Source: Laetmonice hystrix | Taxonomy: Eukaryota | Reading direction: 5' to 3' | NCBI GenBank assembly: GCA_965235115.1 | Contig: OZ249436.1 | Coordinates: 45,386,001-45,450,000 of the forward strand | Length of the DNA: 64,000 nucleotides | In this document: in pieces, positions 13,501-24,751 of the stretch | How positions within the stretch are numbered: position 1 is the stretch's first letter | How the letters are laid out: each line of letters starts with the position of its first letter | Notes under the pieces: model-generated | Seen by the model: the letters and a program-made list of their open reading frames with translations, nothing else | Databases searched by the model: none | What the model was told of the DNA's origin: nothing | Made by a program: the position numbers and the translations under genes

Positions 13501-16500
13501 GCTGCTTCTTGCTGAATTTTTCTAAGTCATATCACAGATTAGCATACACAAACAGATTGGAAACGATATAGGCCGATTTGAAACTTCCGGTTTTCGCCCG
13601 TGACCACTAGTGACATCTGGCGACGCATGAGATAAACTACAATGCGCCTATGGCAAATGCGTAAGCCCGGCTGGGAACATCCTCAGTCCCATTTTGGACA
13701 GGGTTGGTAGCCTAGCGGGAAAATATCATATATCCTGAGCATCCGAGTACCGTATTTTTTTACGTCTGCCACCAAATGCAGGTCATTTGTCAGATATGTT
13801 ATGCCTGTCACGCCATGCTTTTCCTACGGAGGAAGTTTTGTTTATCTCCTGCGACGCATGGTGTCGCCACTGAAAAATCACTGAATTGTGACGCCGCCTT
13901 TGTTTCACGTCATTACTTTGGCCGTTTCCAATCTGTTTGTTCGCGCTTGAATGTATATGAATATATGAAGTTCCCCCTACGCAAAGGCAGATAGTTCAAA
14001 TATAATTTCTCAACATTTTTCAATGAATTTTCTACCGTAGAGGCCAAACCGTCTCTTCTTCACCTGCGAGCAAACCAGATATTCTAAGTCTGTAAAGTCC
14101 GACACAGGCTAAGAGGGGAGTTCTCCATTTTCGACACGGCGACACCGCGCGAGTTTGTTGTTGTCGACATTCGGGCGACTGATCCCGACCTAGCCACCCA
14201 CCCTCCGTCGTACAGCCGTGACATGACGATAAGGTTGTAAAACTGTATGTGTAGGCAAGGTGAAACCTGACCATAACGCTATCCCAGAGTTACAATGCAC
14301 CAGGGGGGATTTCGTCCCCGCTTGGGGGCCAGAGTGTTTTGGAGTTTCCACAGCGGTGACGTAAGTAGCACGGACATCGCCTATGATACACAACCTAGGG
14401 AGTTGAGCTCGCACATCGCTTATGATACACAACCTAGGGAGTTGAGCTCGCACATCGCCTATGATACACAACCTAGGGAGTTGAGCTCGCACATCGCCTA
14501 TGATACACAACCTAGGGAGTTGAGCTCGCACATCGCCTATGATACACAACCTAGGGAGTTGAGCTCGCACATCGCCTATGATACACAACCTAGGGAGTTG
14601 AGCTCGCACATCGCCTATGATACACAACCTAGGGAGTTGAGCTCGCAGACAAAAGTCAGCGATATGAGAGCGGCGCTTTAATGTTTGTATGCCACTAGAT
14701 GGCCGCGGATCTCACTGCGGTAGCCGCCTATCGTGTATGTCGATAGGACACTTGTGTTTCGTGAATTGGCGGGATTCGTGCATGTTGTCGTGTCTCCACT
14801 GAAACTAATTCTTCGACAAGTTGTTTTATCTGGTGGCCACAATACTGCACGCAGCGCTGCACACTCAAACATAGCACTGGCTCTCTCGTGCACGATTTTA
14901 TTGAGGTAAAGTTGTGTATATATCGCATGTCCCCATACACCACCAGAAACATGTTTAGTTGGCCTTCCGTGCATGTGGAAATTAACTGGTTTAAGTTCAA
15001 ACTTACTTGTAAGAATATGGCCTTTTGTCTTGACAGACTTTCAATGGTTTGAGATCAAACTTACTTGTAAGAATATGGCCTTTTGTTTTGACAGACTTTC
15101 AATGGTTTAAGATCAAAATTACTTGTAAGAATATGGCCTTTTGTTTTGACAGACTCTCAATGGTTTAAGATCAAGGTTACTTGTAATAATACGACCTTTT
15201 GTTTTGACAGACTTTCAATGGTTTAAGATCAAGGTTACTTGTAAGAATATGGCCTTTTGTTTTGACAGACTCTCAATGGTTTAAGATCAAGGTTACTTGT
15301 AATAATACGACCTTTTGTTTTGACAGCCTCTCAGTGTTTTGAAATCAAAAAGCTAAAGAAAGATAGCCTAATAAAGCTGGAGAGAATTTAGACCAATTTT
15401 ATGAGTTGAATTACGTATATTCAAATATTTAGCCGAGCCAAGTTACGCCTTCCGTAACCATAGCGACAGCAAGAGTTGACATCCTACTATAAATACCGGC
15501 TCAGACGAGGCCGGTCATTCCTCGCAAGTTGGTCGACCGGACCACTTGGAGTTTAGCGTGACGACACTGGTGCCAGAACACATTATTCGTCTCTGCTCGC
15601 GACGATTATCATTAGTCACACGGAAACACGCTAACAAGCTGTCCCTGGGTCTCGTTTTATGTGTTAATTGATTTTAGTGCACTTCATAATGACTGCTAAG
15701 GTCGACGAGTGAGGCCGAACCGCGTCATGACCAGGTTTCTGGCACCAGTGTCGTCACGGACTTTCCGGTTCCGATTAAGGAACGCCACCTGATTGGTTGA
15801 GCGGTGGGAGTGTGACGGGCGGGAAGATTTAATGGCGGCATCCATGAAGTAGTGAGATTCTACATCTATTAAGGTTTTCTTATTGGTGCGAATTGTTAGT
15901 TTATAATCGATGTTTACCTTATAGTGCCAGGGTGTATTGGGGACAAAAGTACCGGTTTAACTGTACGATGTTAGCTTTTTGTCACACAGAGTAGGTTACG
16001 GGCAGAATCCCCGTATCCTTATATTTTGTTATAACAAAACCTAGCAAGTATTCAGTCGCCAATGCTAGCGCAGTGCAGTCATCTTTGTGTTTCACAAAAT
16101 GTGCTTTTTGTTACTTACGAGGGGTTTTCATAATACTCAAGCGTGGGTATAGTCAGAATATGATATCCTAAACCAACGAAACAATTCGCTACCACTCGAA
16201 AAGCAAAACTAGGAATTTCCACCGTGAGTACAAATTTACTTTAATCCCCCACGTACCTGTCCTATTCCCTAGCGCATAAAATTTCAAAGTCCAGAAATCC
16301 CTATAATACTGAATGGATGAGAGCGCAATGGATGGAACAGCCATGGGACCGTCTGAAATACTGACGCAACAGCTCAGTATGTCCTATTCAAAATGTGACA
16401 GATACACGACCATGGTTCAAGACCTTTTTGGACAATTTTCGGCACTTCGGGAATAGGACAGGTAAGTGGGGCATTAAAATATGTTGTGTAATAAAATATA

Positions 16501-19500
16501 CCCCATGGGTGATGGTATTAGGGATATAGTTGTACCAATGTGTAGGTCTACTTAAGTCATATGGTATTAGGGATATAGTTGTACCAATGTGTAGGTCTAC
16601 TTAAGTCATATGGTATTAGGGATATAGTTGTACCAATGTGTAGGTCTACTTAAGTCATATGGTATTAGGGGTATAGTTGTACCGATGTGCACCTACTTAA
16701 GTCATATGTTATTAGGGGTATAGTTGTAACAATGTGAACCTACTTAAGTCATATGGTAATAGGGGTATAGTTGTAACAATGTGTACCTACTTAAGTCATA
16801 TGGTAATAGGGGTATAGTTGTATCAAACTTAAGTCATATGGTATTAGGGGTATAGTTGTATCAAACTTAAGTCATATGGTATTAAGGGTATAGTTGTATC
16901 AATGTGCACCTACTTAAGTCATATGGTATTAGGGGTATAGTTGTACCAATGTGTACCTACTTAAGTCATATGGTAATAGGGGTATAGTTGTAACAATGTG
17001 TACCTACTTAAGTCGAGGTCTGCGACGAAGTAGGTATAATCAGCGGTGACAATTCCCTCGTCGAGAGCGCCCAGGAGAAAATACATGATGTCCGTGGAGT
17101 AAAGGATCAGGATTACAACTGTAGGCATAAAGATAATTAATTCTACCAAAAGGATAACGACTTGAAATGGAAATATCATTGATTATATCAAACATATAGA
17201 GGGGCAGCAGACAGAGAGATTATAAAACTTTCTTTCATTTACTGATTCCTGCACACCGGAAGTTAAGACAGGGAGATACTCTGTCGAGTGTATGCTGTTG
17301 AATTGCCATCAACTCAGGAAGACTGGGAGATACTCTGTTGAGTGTATGATGTTGAATTGCCATCAGAAGTAGCTCAGGAAGACTGGGATATACTCTGCTG
17401 AGTGTATGCTGTTGAATTGCCATCAGAAGTAGCTCAGAATGAGCGGGAGATACTCTGCTGAGTGAATGCTGTTGAATTGCCATCAGAAGTAGCTCAGGAT
17501 GAGCGGGAGATACTCTGTCGAGTGTATGCTGTTGAATTGCCATCAGAAGTAGCTCAGGATGAGCGGGAGATACTCTGTCGAGTGTATGCTGTTGAATTGC
17601 CATCAGAAGTAGCTCAGAATGAGCGAGAGATACTCTGTTGAGTGTATGCTGTTGAATTGCCATCAGAAGTAGCTCAGGAAGACTGGGAGATACTCTGTTG
17701 AGTGTATACATGCTGTTGAATTGCCATCAGAAGTAGCTCAGGGAGACTGGGAGATACTCTGTCGAGTGTATGCTGTTGAATTGCCATCAGAAGTAGCTCA
17801 GGAAGACTGGGAGATACTCTGTTGAGTGTATACATGCTGTTGAATTGCCATCAGAAGTAGCTCAGGGAGACTGGGAGATACTCTGTTGAGTGTATACATG
17901 CTGTTGAATTGCCATCAGAAGTAGCTCAGGGAGACTGGGAGATACTCTGTTGAGTGTATACTCTTGAATTGCCATCAGAAGTAGCTCAGGAAGACTGGGA
18001 GATACTCTGTTGAGTGTATACTCTTGAATTGCCATCAGAAGTAGCTCAGGAAGACTGGGAGATACTCTGTTGAGTGTATGCCGTTGAATTGCCATCAGAA
18101 GTAGCTCAGGAAGCATGGCACCGTTTTGCTGGTTGCTACAAGTGTAGCCATCGCCGTCGCTCGTCGCAATGACGTGTCCATTGGATCAACCAATCAGAAG
18201 TCGCTATACTTGTCATGTGATTATCCGTACGAATATCAACATGGCGCAGTTGAATGAGCATCGATGGACTGAGGCGATCAGGGTCAGAGCTAAACATTCC
18301 TCTGGCGAAATACTGGGTCGGAAATGGGTGTCCTCTGGTTGAATATATGTGCGACCCTTTCCAACCTAAAATAGGAAGTCGCCATTGCTCATCTGGAGCA
18401 GGTTCTTGAAGGAGGCAGAGTGTCCAGGTTTTAGTTCTTGAACTAGGTGATGGTATGCCCCCAGATCCTTACGGCGGGAGATCCATTATTTTTCCTACAC
18501 TCTGGTTCGTTTTGGTTTTGGAGGTTTATCGAAAGAGCAAGTGCGAAGCATCCCCGCCGTTTTGAACCCGTTGAGCGATAAATCCACCAAATATAATGCA
18601 CGAAAATAGCCACTAAATGGCGGGAAATCGCGTCTCAGAGCTTCAAATTTAAATTCTGTTCATGAGAGCCACGCCCCATCCTGAAAACATGCCTGCTGCT
18701 GCATGTGTAATGATTATTCCAGACGGGGATGGGGTGGGGCGGTGGGGGTGCAGTGGGATAGAGGTGATGGGGGCAGAATATTCGGATAATCCCACCCCCA
18801 AATGGACAGAGAAACACTTTCTTATGCAGAAAACGTATGCAGAAAGAAATCGTTCGGTTCTCTCAAGCACGAGTCCACTTCTTTAAAAAGGTCCACCTTT
18901 CCCGGTGGCTCAGTAATTCCATGCTAACATTATACAACAATTCTAACACTACGTATATACATCGCCATGAAATATATAGAAGCATGGTAACTCACTTCTT
19001 GCTACTTGTTTGACGTTTTTCACGACAAGGTTCACCCGTTCCCGCTCGGCGGGACCAATGGCCCCGCTCTGGGCCACCTCCTCGTAGGTAAACGCGAAGA
19101 CGGTGACGTCATCCTCCTCCAGACGACTCTTGATGGCGTTTGTAGTGAGCTGAGTCAAGACCTGGGTGGTCGTCACTATGGCAACTCTCCGCCAGCCAAA
19201 CTTCTCAAATATTCGTCCAAACATTGGTGCTAGCCCCACCCATGTACCAACAGATCGGGAGAATGTGGGGAACTTGAATTTACTAGATAGCGCGTGTGAT
19301 GCGCACCCATAGGAAATCATTGGGAGGTTCCAGGCGGCGGCCAGGAGGGCGGTCGGCTCGCAGACCACACTACACGCCGGCCCAATGAAAGCCGTCGGCC
19401 GGGTGCCGAAATAAGACCAGAGGTCGACGGCCGCAGCCAACCCCTGGCGGGCCTCGCAGGAACTATCACGCCAGTCCCAGGTGATAGTCCAGTTGGCGGG

Positions 19501-19737
19501 AAGAATTCCTCTCTCTCGAACTGTGTCGATCCCTAAGATGATCGCGGATCCCATCTGATGTCCGATCCGCCACTCGCCTGTCCATGGCAGCAAGACGGCC
19601 AGTCTAACGTAGGCGCTACTGTTCCTGTGGTCACCCATCGTGATAACAATTAAACAAAGCAGAGAGCAGCCCAGAATGTGGATCCCATCTCGGGACATGG
19701 TGACACGCTGGGCGCGGCCGAAGAACTGACGCGCCAT
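222..19737 (-). CDS. Receptor-type (membrane) guanylyl cyclase, natriuretic peptide receptor-like; 5' part, gene continues beyond the left edge. Exons: 18996-19737, 17008-17118, 8564-8739, 5795-5930, 4170-4397, 3282-3360, 2654-2744, 2349-2441, 1804-1884, 222-326
   Basis: Exons join in compatible phase with AG acceptors and GT donors (one GC donor at 5793-5794). Product: signal-like hydrophobic segment; ANF-receptor-type extracellular domain (DSSC..GPACS..AAWNLPMISYGC..LSSKFKFPTFSR; YAGTLHDSVLQWAYG; GITGPVVIDEHGDR); juxtamembrane CGWDNEYC; TM helix TVVLSVIGSLCGLVIVTTVVSIICH; Ser/Thr-rich linker; start of kinase-homology domain (AAVKK..; MRELNHENVNHFIGAC..YAQKGSLQ). The cyclase domain is not in the window. 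Confidence 0.92.
822..1767. repeat. 21-bp minisatellite (ccactccactctgtaatacat), intronic
   Basis: About 45 tandem units visible directly. Confidence 0.97.
1915..2078. repeat. Three-copy tandem repeat (ggacccaaacatgtggatgcaaggcattgattgatatga core)
   Basis: Core seen three times. Confidence 0.8.
2750..3128. repeat. A/C-rich low-complexity degenerate repeat
   Basis: Repeated aacaaaagaaaacagcaa / caacaaa blocks. Confidence 0.8.
3747..3858. mobile_element. Small hairpin MITE-like inverted repeat
   Basis: ccttattcacaaa..cacgcaagacttgcggacctgcaaaact pairs with agttttgcaggtccacaagtcttgcgtg..tttgtgaataagg. Confidence 0.65.
4500..4622. repeat. (TAAA)n/(CAAA)n microsatellite
   Basis: Direct. Confidence 0.9.
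4651..5790. repeat. 39-bp minisatellite (gaggacattgacacagatagagccgggttattcctacaa), split by a LINE fragment
   Basis: Units at 4651-5121 and 5634-5790. Confidence 0.95.
5121..5633 (+). mobile_element. 5'-truncated LINE (CR1/L2-type) 3' end
   Basis: Translates as TVQKGALHTIFPGSGYEESLQMANIQSLATRRDEICKTYF...HKLHNLLP...YTLR...RTNRYKKSFIP, typical of the C-terminus of CR1/L2-group ORF2. Followed by an AT-rich 3' UTR, AATAAA and a (catata)n tail. Confidence 0.8.
6425..6530. repeat. 31-bp tandem repeat (ggtttgggagccagcactggggattaaggtta)
   Basis: About 3 copies. Confidence 0.8.
7580..8543. repeat. ~39-bp minisatellite (gggagatgtttgaaggcaaggtatttatatgaaggggagcc)
   Basis: About 24 units. Confidence 0.95.
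10401..10652. mobile_element. TA-flanked MITE with long, internally palindromic terminal inverted repeats
   Basis: taaaggcctgtacccactagcgcgttttaccgctgcg... and ...cgcagcggtaaaacgcgctagtgggtacaggccttta. Confidence 0.75.
10670..10925 (+). repeat. Dispersed repeat; inverted second copy at 13968-14203
   Basis: Shared agcctgtgtcggactt..gaagaagagac.gtttggcctctacggtagaaaatt..gcgtagggggaa. Confidence 0.75.
11705..11940. repeat. G-rich ~50-bp tandem repeat
   Basis: gggtgagagggtggacagtgcctgaggggggtgac units. Confidence 0.85.
12701..13235. mobile_element. TTAA-flanked non-autonomous DNA transposon (Kolobok-like)
   Basis: ttaaaggggcata(t/c)tatga ... tcatagtatgcccctttaa termini. Confidence 0.7.
13968..14203 (-). 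repeat. Inverted copy of the dispersed repeat at 10670-10925
   Basis: Reverse-complement match by eye. Confidence 0.75.
14373..14648. repeat. 39-bp minisatellite (acatcgcctatgatacacaacctagggagttgagctcgc)
   Basis: 7 near-perfect units. Confidence 0.95.
14988..15330. repeat. ~58-bp tandem repeat
   Basis: ttacttgtaagaatatggccttttgttttgacagac units, about 6. Confidence 0.9.
15557..15758. mobile_element. MITE-like element with terminal inverted repeats
   Basis: cgtgacgacactggtgccagaa ... ttctggcaccagtgtcgtcacg. Confidence 0.6.
16512..17014. repeat. ~47-49-bp minisatellite that includes the splice donor of exon 17008-17118
   Basis: Unit atggtattaggggtatagttgtaccaatgtgtacctacttaagtc; the last unit overlaps the exon end. 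Confidence 0.93.
17270..18113. repeat. ~60-bp minisatellite
   Basis: gggagatactctgttgagtgtatgctgttgaattgccatcagaagtagctcaggaagact units. Confidence 0.95.
18996..19737 (-). CDS. First coding exon of the receptor guanylyl cyclase, proximal copy
   Basis: ORF 18949..19737; phase-1 donor A|GTGAGT at 18994-18995 joins in frame to exon 17008-17118 (QVAR-I-VILILYST). The start may be the second Met (MSRDGIH). Confidence 0.88.
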
Positions 19738-19775
19738 GCAGCGATCTCAACCGGTTCGATAGTGTTAATCTCTCA

Positions 19776-20290
19776 TAGTATGGTTGGCCGTTGGGGTCAT
19801 ACCGCCGAAGCTTTAACGCGTAAATATAATAGTAACGCGTAAAGAACAAGCTTTTACGCGTAAACGGATCAACCAATCAGAACGATGGATTTTTTCACGC
19901 CTATACGGAACAACCAATCAAGTTGTTACATTGTTTACGCGTAAACACCCCTTAACGCGTTAACTCTCATAGTTGAGCAACCAATCAGAATTACCGTTTC
20001 ATACATCTTGCGCATGCGTATCGGCACAGGCTGCGTCTATACGCACAAGACAGTCGTGGTGACTTTGTAAGAGAGGATTTCATTGGTTTACAAAAATAAC
20101 GCGTTATGTCTGGTAAATTGTTCGCGTAAATAGAGTGTGGCTTTTCATTGGTTGTTTTCTTTACGCGTAAACGTTTCCACTTATTTGATTGGTTGCTGTA
20201 GTCACGCGTGAAAGGTGATACATTTACGCGTAATTATTTACGTTACGCGTTAATGTTTAGGCGGTATGACCCTATCGGCCAACCATACTA
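19776..20290. mobile_element. MITE with ~30-bp TIRs and ACGCGT/CCAAT-rich palindromic interior, just upstream of the proximal exon-1 ATG
   Basis: tagtatggttggccg.t.gggtcataccgcc ... ggcggtatgaccctatcggccaaccatacta; absent from the distal duplicate. Confidence 0.8.
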
Positions 20291-20418
20291 AGCGTGCATG
20301 CGTGCATGCGTGCACCCGCGCGTGGTGCGACTTCAGGGGGTCTCTTACTCCTGCTGGGATCCCTGTATGACCTCCCTGTGCCGGTACTGGCATATGTCCT
20401 CATCGTACTAAGAAAGCA

Positions 20419-20566
20419 CAGAAGGCTCATTCGAAATTCGAACTTTTAAATTCGAACTTCTAAATTCGAACTTCTAATTGCGAAGTTCGAATTTCGAAAT
20501 TCGAATTTCGAAATTTAAATAGCCAATCACAAACCCCCGAAATTCGAATTTTGAATGAGCCTTCTG
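20419..20566. mobile_element. Small MITE with TTCGAA-rich interior
   Basis: cagaaggctcattc ... gaatgagccttctg. Confidence 0.7.
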
Positions 20567-21126
20567 GTCTTTCGTATTAAACAGTGGACAAAGAACGCCT
20601 AATTTGATTTCTCAGGCGCGTGTCCGGGATGGGGGCGGGGGCGGGGGGGGGGGGGTCCGGGCCCCCTTATCTCCCCGAGAGCATAGATTTTTTCCCTCTT
20701 AGATTCAGATTATTAGATAACGTAGAACGAGGAAGTGTGAAGCATTCCTGTCGGTTTGAACCCGTTGAGCGATGAATCCACAACAAAAATGCCCTAAAAT
20801 GGCGCTAAGTGGTATGAAATCGCGTGTCAGAACGTCTTATTTTAAAAAGATTCCTGAGAGCCCCCCTCCTGAAAATCCTGGAAACATGCCTGTTGCTGCA
20901 TGTGTAGTCATTATTTCAGACCCTATACAGCCGGGGGCGGGGTGGGGCGGTGCGGTGGAGGTGATGGGGGCAGAATGTTCGGATCACCCCACCCCCAAAA
21001 AAATCGTTCGGTTCTCTCAAGTACGAGTCCACTCAAAAAGGTCCACCTTTCCCGGTGGCTCAGTAATTCCATGCTGACATTATACAACAATTCTAATAAT
21101 ACATCGCCATGAAATACATGTAGCTC

Positions 21127-21509
21127 GGGCTGGACAGTCTCGTGTCCTAGATATGCAAATGACGTAAAATAGCCTCAAACCACTTCGCTTTGGGGACAAC
21201 AAAGTATAAGCTCACAAATTCCCCATAGGTTTAACATAGGCTCAGTAAATATACTTTCTAAAATCAGGCTGTATTGTAACAATTTAAATTCTTACATGTA
21301 AAATGTACCTCTTCAGTCACTAAACCTGTTAGGAAATCATATTCAGACTCAAAGTGCCCTCATTGGGGAGTAAAATATTTTGAAGCTGACAGTCGCTGGT
21401 TCCTATAAGTGTAGCAATGCTAAACTGACGAGACTATATCCTCTTGTTGTCCCCAGTGTCACTCGTTCTCGCCTATTTGCATATCTAGGACACGAGAACT
21501 GTCCAGCCC
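21127..21509. mobile_element. MITE (family also at 32298-32709; related sequence at ~49360-49800) inserted in the intron of the distal exon-1 copy
   Basis: TIR gggctggacag(t)tctcgtgtcctagatatgcaaat; absent at the equivalent site of the proximal copy. Confidence 0.85.
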
Positions 21510-21530
21510 TATAGAAGCATGGCCACTCAC

Positions 21531-22272
21531 TTCTTGCTACTTGTTTGACGTTTTTCACGACAAGGTTCACCCGTTCCCGCTCGGCGGGACCAATGGCCCC
21601 GCTCTGGGCCACCTCCTCGTAGGTAAACGCGAAGACGGTGACGTCATCCTCCTCCAGACGAGTCTTGATGGCGTTTGTAGTGAGCTGAGTCAAGACCTGG
21701 GTGGTCGTCACGATGGCAACTCTCCGCCAGCCAAACTTCTCAAATATTCGTCCAAATATTGGTGCTAGCCCCACCCATGTACCAACAGATCGGGAGAATG
21801 TGGGGAACTTGAATTTACTAGATAGCGCGTGTGATGCGCACCCATAGGAAATCATTGGAAGGTTCCAGGCGGCGGCCAGGAGGGCGGTCGGCTCGCAGAC
21901 CACGCTACACGCCGGCCCAATGAAAGCCGTCGGCCGGGTGCCGAAATAAGACCAGAGGTCCACGGCCGCAGCCAACCCCTGGCGGGCCTCGCAGGAACTA
22001 TCACGCCAGTCCCAGGTGATAGTCCAGTTGGCGGGAAGAATTCCTCTCTCTCGAACTGTGTCGATCCCTAAGATGATCGCAGATCCCATCTGATGTCCGA
22101 TCCGCCACTCTCCTGTCCACGGCAGCAAGACGGCCAGTCTAACGTAGGCGCTACTGTTCCTGTGGTCACCCATCGTGATAACAATTAAACAAAGCAGAGA
22201 GCAGCCCAGAATGTGGATCCCATCTCGGGACATGGTGACACGCTGGGCGCGGCCGAAGAACTGACGCGCCAT
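21531..22272 (-). CDS. Duplicated first coding exon of the receptor guanylyl cyclase, distal copy (alternative first exon, partial duplicate, or uncollapsed allele)
   Basis: Same 742-nt length, intact ORF and GTGAGT donor (21529-21530). I count 9 substitutions versus the proximal copy, 2 of them amino-acid changing (M/I, S/T). Confidence 0.8.
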
Positions 22273-22351
22273 GCAGCGATCTCACCCGGTTCGATAGCGT
22301 CCACCTCTTTGCTCGCATGCGTACGCACGCCACCTTATCTCATAATTACTC

Positions 22352-23578
22352 CGGCTGTATGGGGGGACACGGGCAGATATAGGCCTCTTACTCCTGCTGT
22401 AAGGGGGACACGGGCAGATATAGGCCTCTTACTCCTGCTGTAAGGGGGGCAGGATCAGTATAATTCAGTGGGACTCTTCCTCCTGCTGTAAGGGGGGCAG
22501 GGGCAGATATAATTCAGTTGGTCTCTTACTCCTGCTGTAAGGGGGGCAGGGTCAGTATAATTCAGTGGGGCTCTTACTCCTGCTGTAAGGGGGCAGGGTC
22601 AGTATAATTCAGTTGGTCTCTTACTCCTGCTGTAAGGGGGGCAGGGTCAGTATAATTCAGTGGGACTCTTACTCCTGCTGTAAGGGGGGGAGGGTCAGTA
22701 TAATTCAGTGGGACTCTTACTCCTGCTGTAAGGGGGGCACGGTCAGATATAGGCCTCTTACTCCTGCTGTAAGGGGGGCAGGGTCAGTATAATTCAGTGG
22801 GACTCTTACTCCTGCTGTAAGGGGGGCAGGGTCAGTATAATTCAGTGGGACTCTTACTCCTGCTGTAAGGGGGGCAGGGTCAGTATAATTCAGTGGGACT
22901 CTTACTCCTGCTGTAAGGGGGGCAGGGTCAGTATAATTCAGTTGGTCTCTTACTCCTGCTGTAAGGGGGGCAGGGTCAGTATAATTCAGTGGGACTCTTA
23001 CTCCTGCTGTAAGGGGGGCAGGGTCAGTATAATTCAGTGGGACTCTTACTCCTGCTGTAAGGGGGGCAGGGTCAGTATAATTCAGTGGGACTCTTACTCC
23101 TGCTGTAAGGGGGGCAGGGTCAGTATAATTCAGTGGGACTCTTCCTCCTGCTGTAAGGGGGGCAGGGGCAGGTATAATTCAGTTGGTCTCTTACTCCTGC
23201 TGTAAGGGGGGCAGGGTCAGTATAATTCAGTGGGACTCTTACTCCTGCTGTAAGGGGGGCAGGGTCAGTATAATTCAGTGGGGCTCTTACTCCTGCTGTA
23301 AGGGGGGGGGGGCGGGGTCAGATATAATTCAGTGGGTCTCTTACTCCTGCTGTAAGGGGGCAGGGTCAGTATAATTCAGTGGGACTCTTACTCCTGCTGT
23401 AAGGGGGGCAGGGTCAGTATGATTCAGTGGGTCTCTTACTCCTGCTGTAAGGGGGGCAGGGTCAGTATAATTCAGTGGGTCTCTTACTCCTGCTGTAAGG
23501 GGGGGGGGGGGTCAGATATAATTCAGTGGGTCTCTTACTCCTGCTGTAAGGGGAGGGGGTTGCGAGATATAATTCAGC
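22352..23578. repeat. ~42-bp minisatellite (ctcttactcctgctgtaaggggggcagggtcagtataattcagtggga)
   Basis: More than 20 units directly upstream of the distal exon-1 copy. Confidence 0.95.
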
Positions 23579-24123
23579 CGTCAGCCGTCATTTTTTTACA
23601 TACGCCATATGAAAACTGGTCACTTCTTTTATTTGAATTTCCTAACAATGTTAATCCTAAAAATGGCTATGTGCAGTGTATAATCAAAATTCTAACCTCG
23701 CGGGGTTTAATATTTGGAAGTCTTTCAGTTAGGCTAGCTGTAGATCTAAATAAACAGATGATGGTATCCACTAAAGTTAACTAAAGGTTATTTGTCGATT
23801 TTCATCCGAGGGATGTCCAATTGTTGTTCCAATTTTAATGGGTTATGGTGGAATCATATTGTGGTGGCTGCCATGGCAGATTGAACGCTGCTGCCTGTGA
23901 CAATAGGCGGTGTACATGTGACGTCATTGGGCCATTCATCTCCAGTGAAATATTCCTGGAATACATTTAATTGGGCGCTTTGTAATCTATAGCTGAAAGC
24001 GTATGAAGGTCGGCGGAAAGATGAATTAGAGATATAGCTCACAAAGGGCCTGTTCAGAGCTTGGACTAGTCTGGGTTAGCTGAAGGGTAGAGTTCCGGTA
24101 AAACAGATCACCGACAGAATGTA

Positions 24124-24478
24124 TTAAAGGTGCTATTCGTCTCGCTCAGAATGGCATTTCTCCTATCATACATTATGCACATACTACTAGAAAAAAATCC
24201 TCCCGATACCATTGGCCTGATGAACCTTCTATTAGTCTGTGTGCAGCATTTGAAACCTTGCACCGAGATAGAGCCATCTCCCGTGGTCGAGTCTATGGGG
24301 GCGTGTGAGGGTCTCCACAGCCCTTCTGAGAGAGCCCCATGTGTGCCGTTATCCATGAAAATTTTTGATTTCCTTGGTTGTGAATCTATTTTTATGATCT
24401 ATAGGTGGGATCACATAAACGTCAACAAAATAAAAAATAAAAAAATTGAACTTTTTTCCCCACGAATAGCACCTTTAA
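24124..24478. mobile_element. TTAA-flanked non-autonomous DNA transposon (Kolobok-like)
   Basis: ttaaaggtgctattcgt ... acgaatagcacctttaa. Confidence 0.75.
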
Positions 24479-24751
24479 CAATGTATTTCAAGGAACTTGG
24501 CCATTATAAAGATTTATGAATGATAAATGTCAAATGACATTCGTTAAAAGATTTGCGTCAGACAAAATGAACGGTGTGTATGCGCGGTGATGATGGCGAT
24601 ATGAATTACAGCGTAGACTGAAAACATAATCGATAACTTCAGCCTCCTGTGTTTCCCCCCAACAGGTGGTAGTGGTGGTGAGGGTGGGGGTGGGGTTGGA
24701 GGGTTGGAGGGTTGGGGGAAGGTATCACAGAGCTGGGTTTATGAGTCCAGC

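Noticed and set aside
17235..18116. ORFs with LPELLLMAIQQHTLNRVSP repeats
   Set aside because: Translations of a 60-bp intronic minisatellite broken by frameshifts.
21403..21530. C-terminal extension of the 289-aa ORF beyond QVAR
   Set aside because: Read-through of the GTGAGT donor into intron and MITE sequence.
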